DNA from: Proteobacteria bacterium UBA4457
GTDB taxonomy: Bacteria > Pseudomonadota > Gammaproteobacteria > Ga0077536
Direction: 5' to 3'
Length of the DNA stretch: 64,000 nt
NCBI GenBank assembly: GCA_002390205.1
Contig: DGOV01000019.1
Coordinates: 11,802-75,801, forward strand
A program made the position numbers and the translations under genes. This document shows positions 62,623 to 64,000 of the stretch, piece after piece. Position 1 is the stretch's first letter; the number at the start of each line of letters is the position of its first letter. The notes under the pieces are model-generated. The model was not told the DNA's origin. It saw nothing but the letters and a program-made list of their open reading frames with translations, and ran no database searches.

Positions 62623-64000
62623 ATGTCTAACGTTAAAGATAGTTCTACTGAGGCGCAATTAATTGCGCAGCGCCGAGAAAAGCTAGAGCAGCTCAGAGAG
62701 AGAACTGGGAACCCATATCGTAACGATTACAAAAGAGACGCGTTAGCCTCTGAATTACAAGAACGCTTTAAGGATAGTACCGCGGAGCAGCTTGTTGAAG
62801 AGGGACACGTAGCAACTGTTGCAGGACGTATGATGACGCAACGAGTGATGGGTAAAGCCTCATTTGCTCATGTCAAAGATATGAGCGGTGCCATTCAATT
62901 ATATGTTAAGCGGGACTCGTTACCTGATGGAGTTTATCCTGATTTCAAGAAATGGGATTTAGGCGACATAGTGGGTGCTAGTGGGGTAATGTTTCGGACA
63001 CAAAAAGGTGAGCTATCAATAATGGTCGATCGGCTTGAATTGATTACGAAAGCCTTACGTCCATTGCCGGAAAAATGGCATGGCCTCACTGATATAGAGG
63101 CACGATATAGACAGAGATATTTAGATTTAATAATGAATGATTCCACGCGTAGAACGTTTCAAACGCGAACTCGAATAATTAACTTTGTGCGTGACTTTCT
63201 GAATGATAGAAATTTTTTAGAAGTTGAAACACCTATGATGCACCCTGTTCCCGGTGGTGCTGCGGCGCGGCCATTTGTTACGCATCACAATAGTCTTGAA
63301 ATGGAACTCTACTTAAGAGTTGCTCCTGAGCTGTATCTAAAACGTTTGGTGGTTGGTGGATTTGAAAAAGTGTATGAGATAAATCGAAACTTTAGAAATG
63401 AGGGCTTGTCCACACGTCATAATCCTGAGTTCACGATGATTGAGTTTTATGAAGCCTACGCCAATTATGAAGACTTGATGGTTCTGACAGAAGATATGCT
63501 GAAGGGGTTGGCGATGGAGCTCTTTGGTAGCTATGAGGTCGAATATCAGGGAGTTTCCTATGATTTCGGTCAACCATTTGAACGATTGACAGTTACCGGT
63601 GCCATTCTTGCTTACAATCCTGAGTTAGAAGCTACCGATGTTTCTGATTGCGAAACTGCTCGAACGTACGCTAAAGGCTTGGGGATCAAGTTAGAAGATT
63701 CTTATGGCCTGGGAAAGATATTGATAGAGATCTTTGAAAAAACTGTAGAGCCTAAGTTAGAAGGACCAATCTTCATTACACATTACCCTGCCGAAGTCTC
63801 CCCATTGGCAAGACGCAATGATGATGACCCGTTTGTGACGGATCGTTTTGAATTCTTCGTCGCTGGGCGTGAGATTGCCAATGGGTTTTCCGAACTTAAT
63901 GATCCTGATGACCAAAGTCAGAGATTCAAAGATCAGGTTTCTGCAAAAGAATCAGGCGACTTGGAGGCCATGCATTACGACGAAGATTATGTGACTGCTC
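62623..64000 (+). CDS. lysS: Lysyl-tRNA synthetase (class II); 3' end lies outside the window
   Basis: Not in the track because it has no stop within the window. ATG at 62623 with a GAGGG SD. N-terminal anticodon-binding OB fold ([21 protein letters not shown]) and class II motifs (FRNEG, ELY). The prfB-lysS operon is conserved. Confidence 0.9.
   Translation, partial: MSNVKDSSTEAQLIAQRREKLEQLRERTGNPYRNDYKRDALASELQERFKDSTAEQLVEEGHVATVAGRMMTQRVMGKASFAHVKDMSGAIQLYVKRDSLPDGVYPDFKKWDLGDIVGASGVMFRTQKGELSIMVDRLELITKALRPLPEKWHGLTDIEARYRQRYLDLIMNDSTRRTFQTRTRIINFVRDFLNDRNFLEVETPMMHPVPGGAAARPFVTHHNSLEMELYLRVAPELYLKRLVVGGFEKVYEINRNFRNEGLSTRHNPEFTMIEFYEAYANYEDLMVLTEDMLKGLAMELFGSYEVEYQGVSYDFGQPFERLTVTGAILAYNPELEATDVSDCETARTYAKGLGIKLEDSYGLGKILIEIFEKTVEPKLEGPIFITHYPAEVSPLARRNDDDPFVTDRFEFFVAGREIANGFSELNDPDDQSQRFKDQVSAKESGDLEAMHYDEDYVTA

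Noticed and set aside
1-64000. Looked for CRISPR arrays, transposases/IS elements, integrases, phage genes and defence-system ATPases/nucleases
   Set aside because: No direct-repeat/spacer periodicity was seen, and no ORF has transposase, integrase or restriction-like motifs. The window is chromosomal backbone with metabolic accessory genes.

Overview
Roughly 45% GC chromosomal segment that reads as a gammaproteobacterium, judged from gene content and local synteny only. Most of the window is core housekeeping: uup, ppiA, yaaA, an ordered yicC-gmk-rpoZ-spoT-ridA-recG-ubiA block, rph-rdgB-hemW, nhaB, acnA, nudJ-mnmA, yhdP, tldD, alaC-hom-thrC, recJ, and prfB (with its +1 programmed frameshift) followed by lysS. 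Several accessory metabolic modules sit between these: (i) an amidase plus Co-type nitrile hydratase alpha/beta/activator operon at 12.7-16.0 kb, next to a cytochrome b561/cytochrome c' pair; (ii) a hydantoinase/acetone-carboxylase-like ATP-dependent enzyme pair at 17.3-21.7 kb, whose HyuB-like subunit carries a fused AcxC-gamma-like zinc-ribbon domain, facing a divergent TetR regulator + enoyl-CoA hydratase operon across a perfect 38-bp palindrome; (iii) loose genes for a SAM hydroxide adenosyltransferase (DUF62), a Zn-ribbon methyltransferase, SDRs, an LLM/PPOX flavoenzyme pair, a CaiB-type CoA-transferase, and a Tat-signal protein of unknown function. There is also a partial dimethylglycine-dehydrogenase-family gene at the 5' edge. 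I found no CRISPR array, transposase, integrase or phage genes, and no recognisable defence system. The most notable unexplained items are the carboxylase-like module with its operator, and an uncharacterised 345-aa ORF translationally coupled to hom-thrC.
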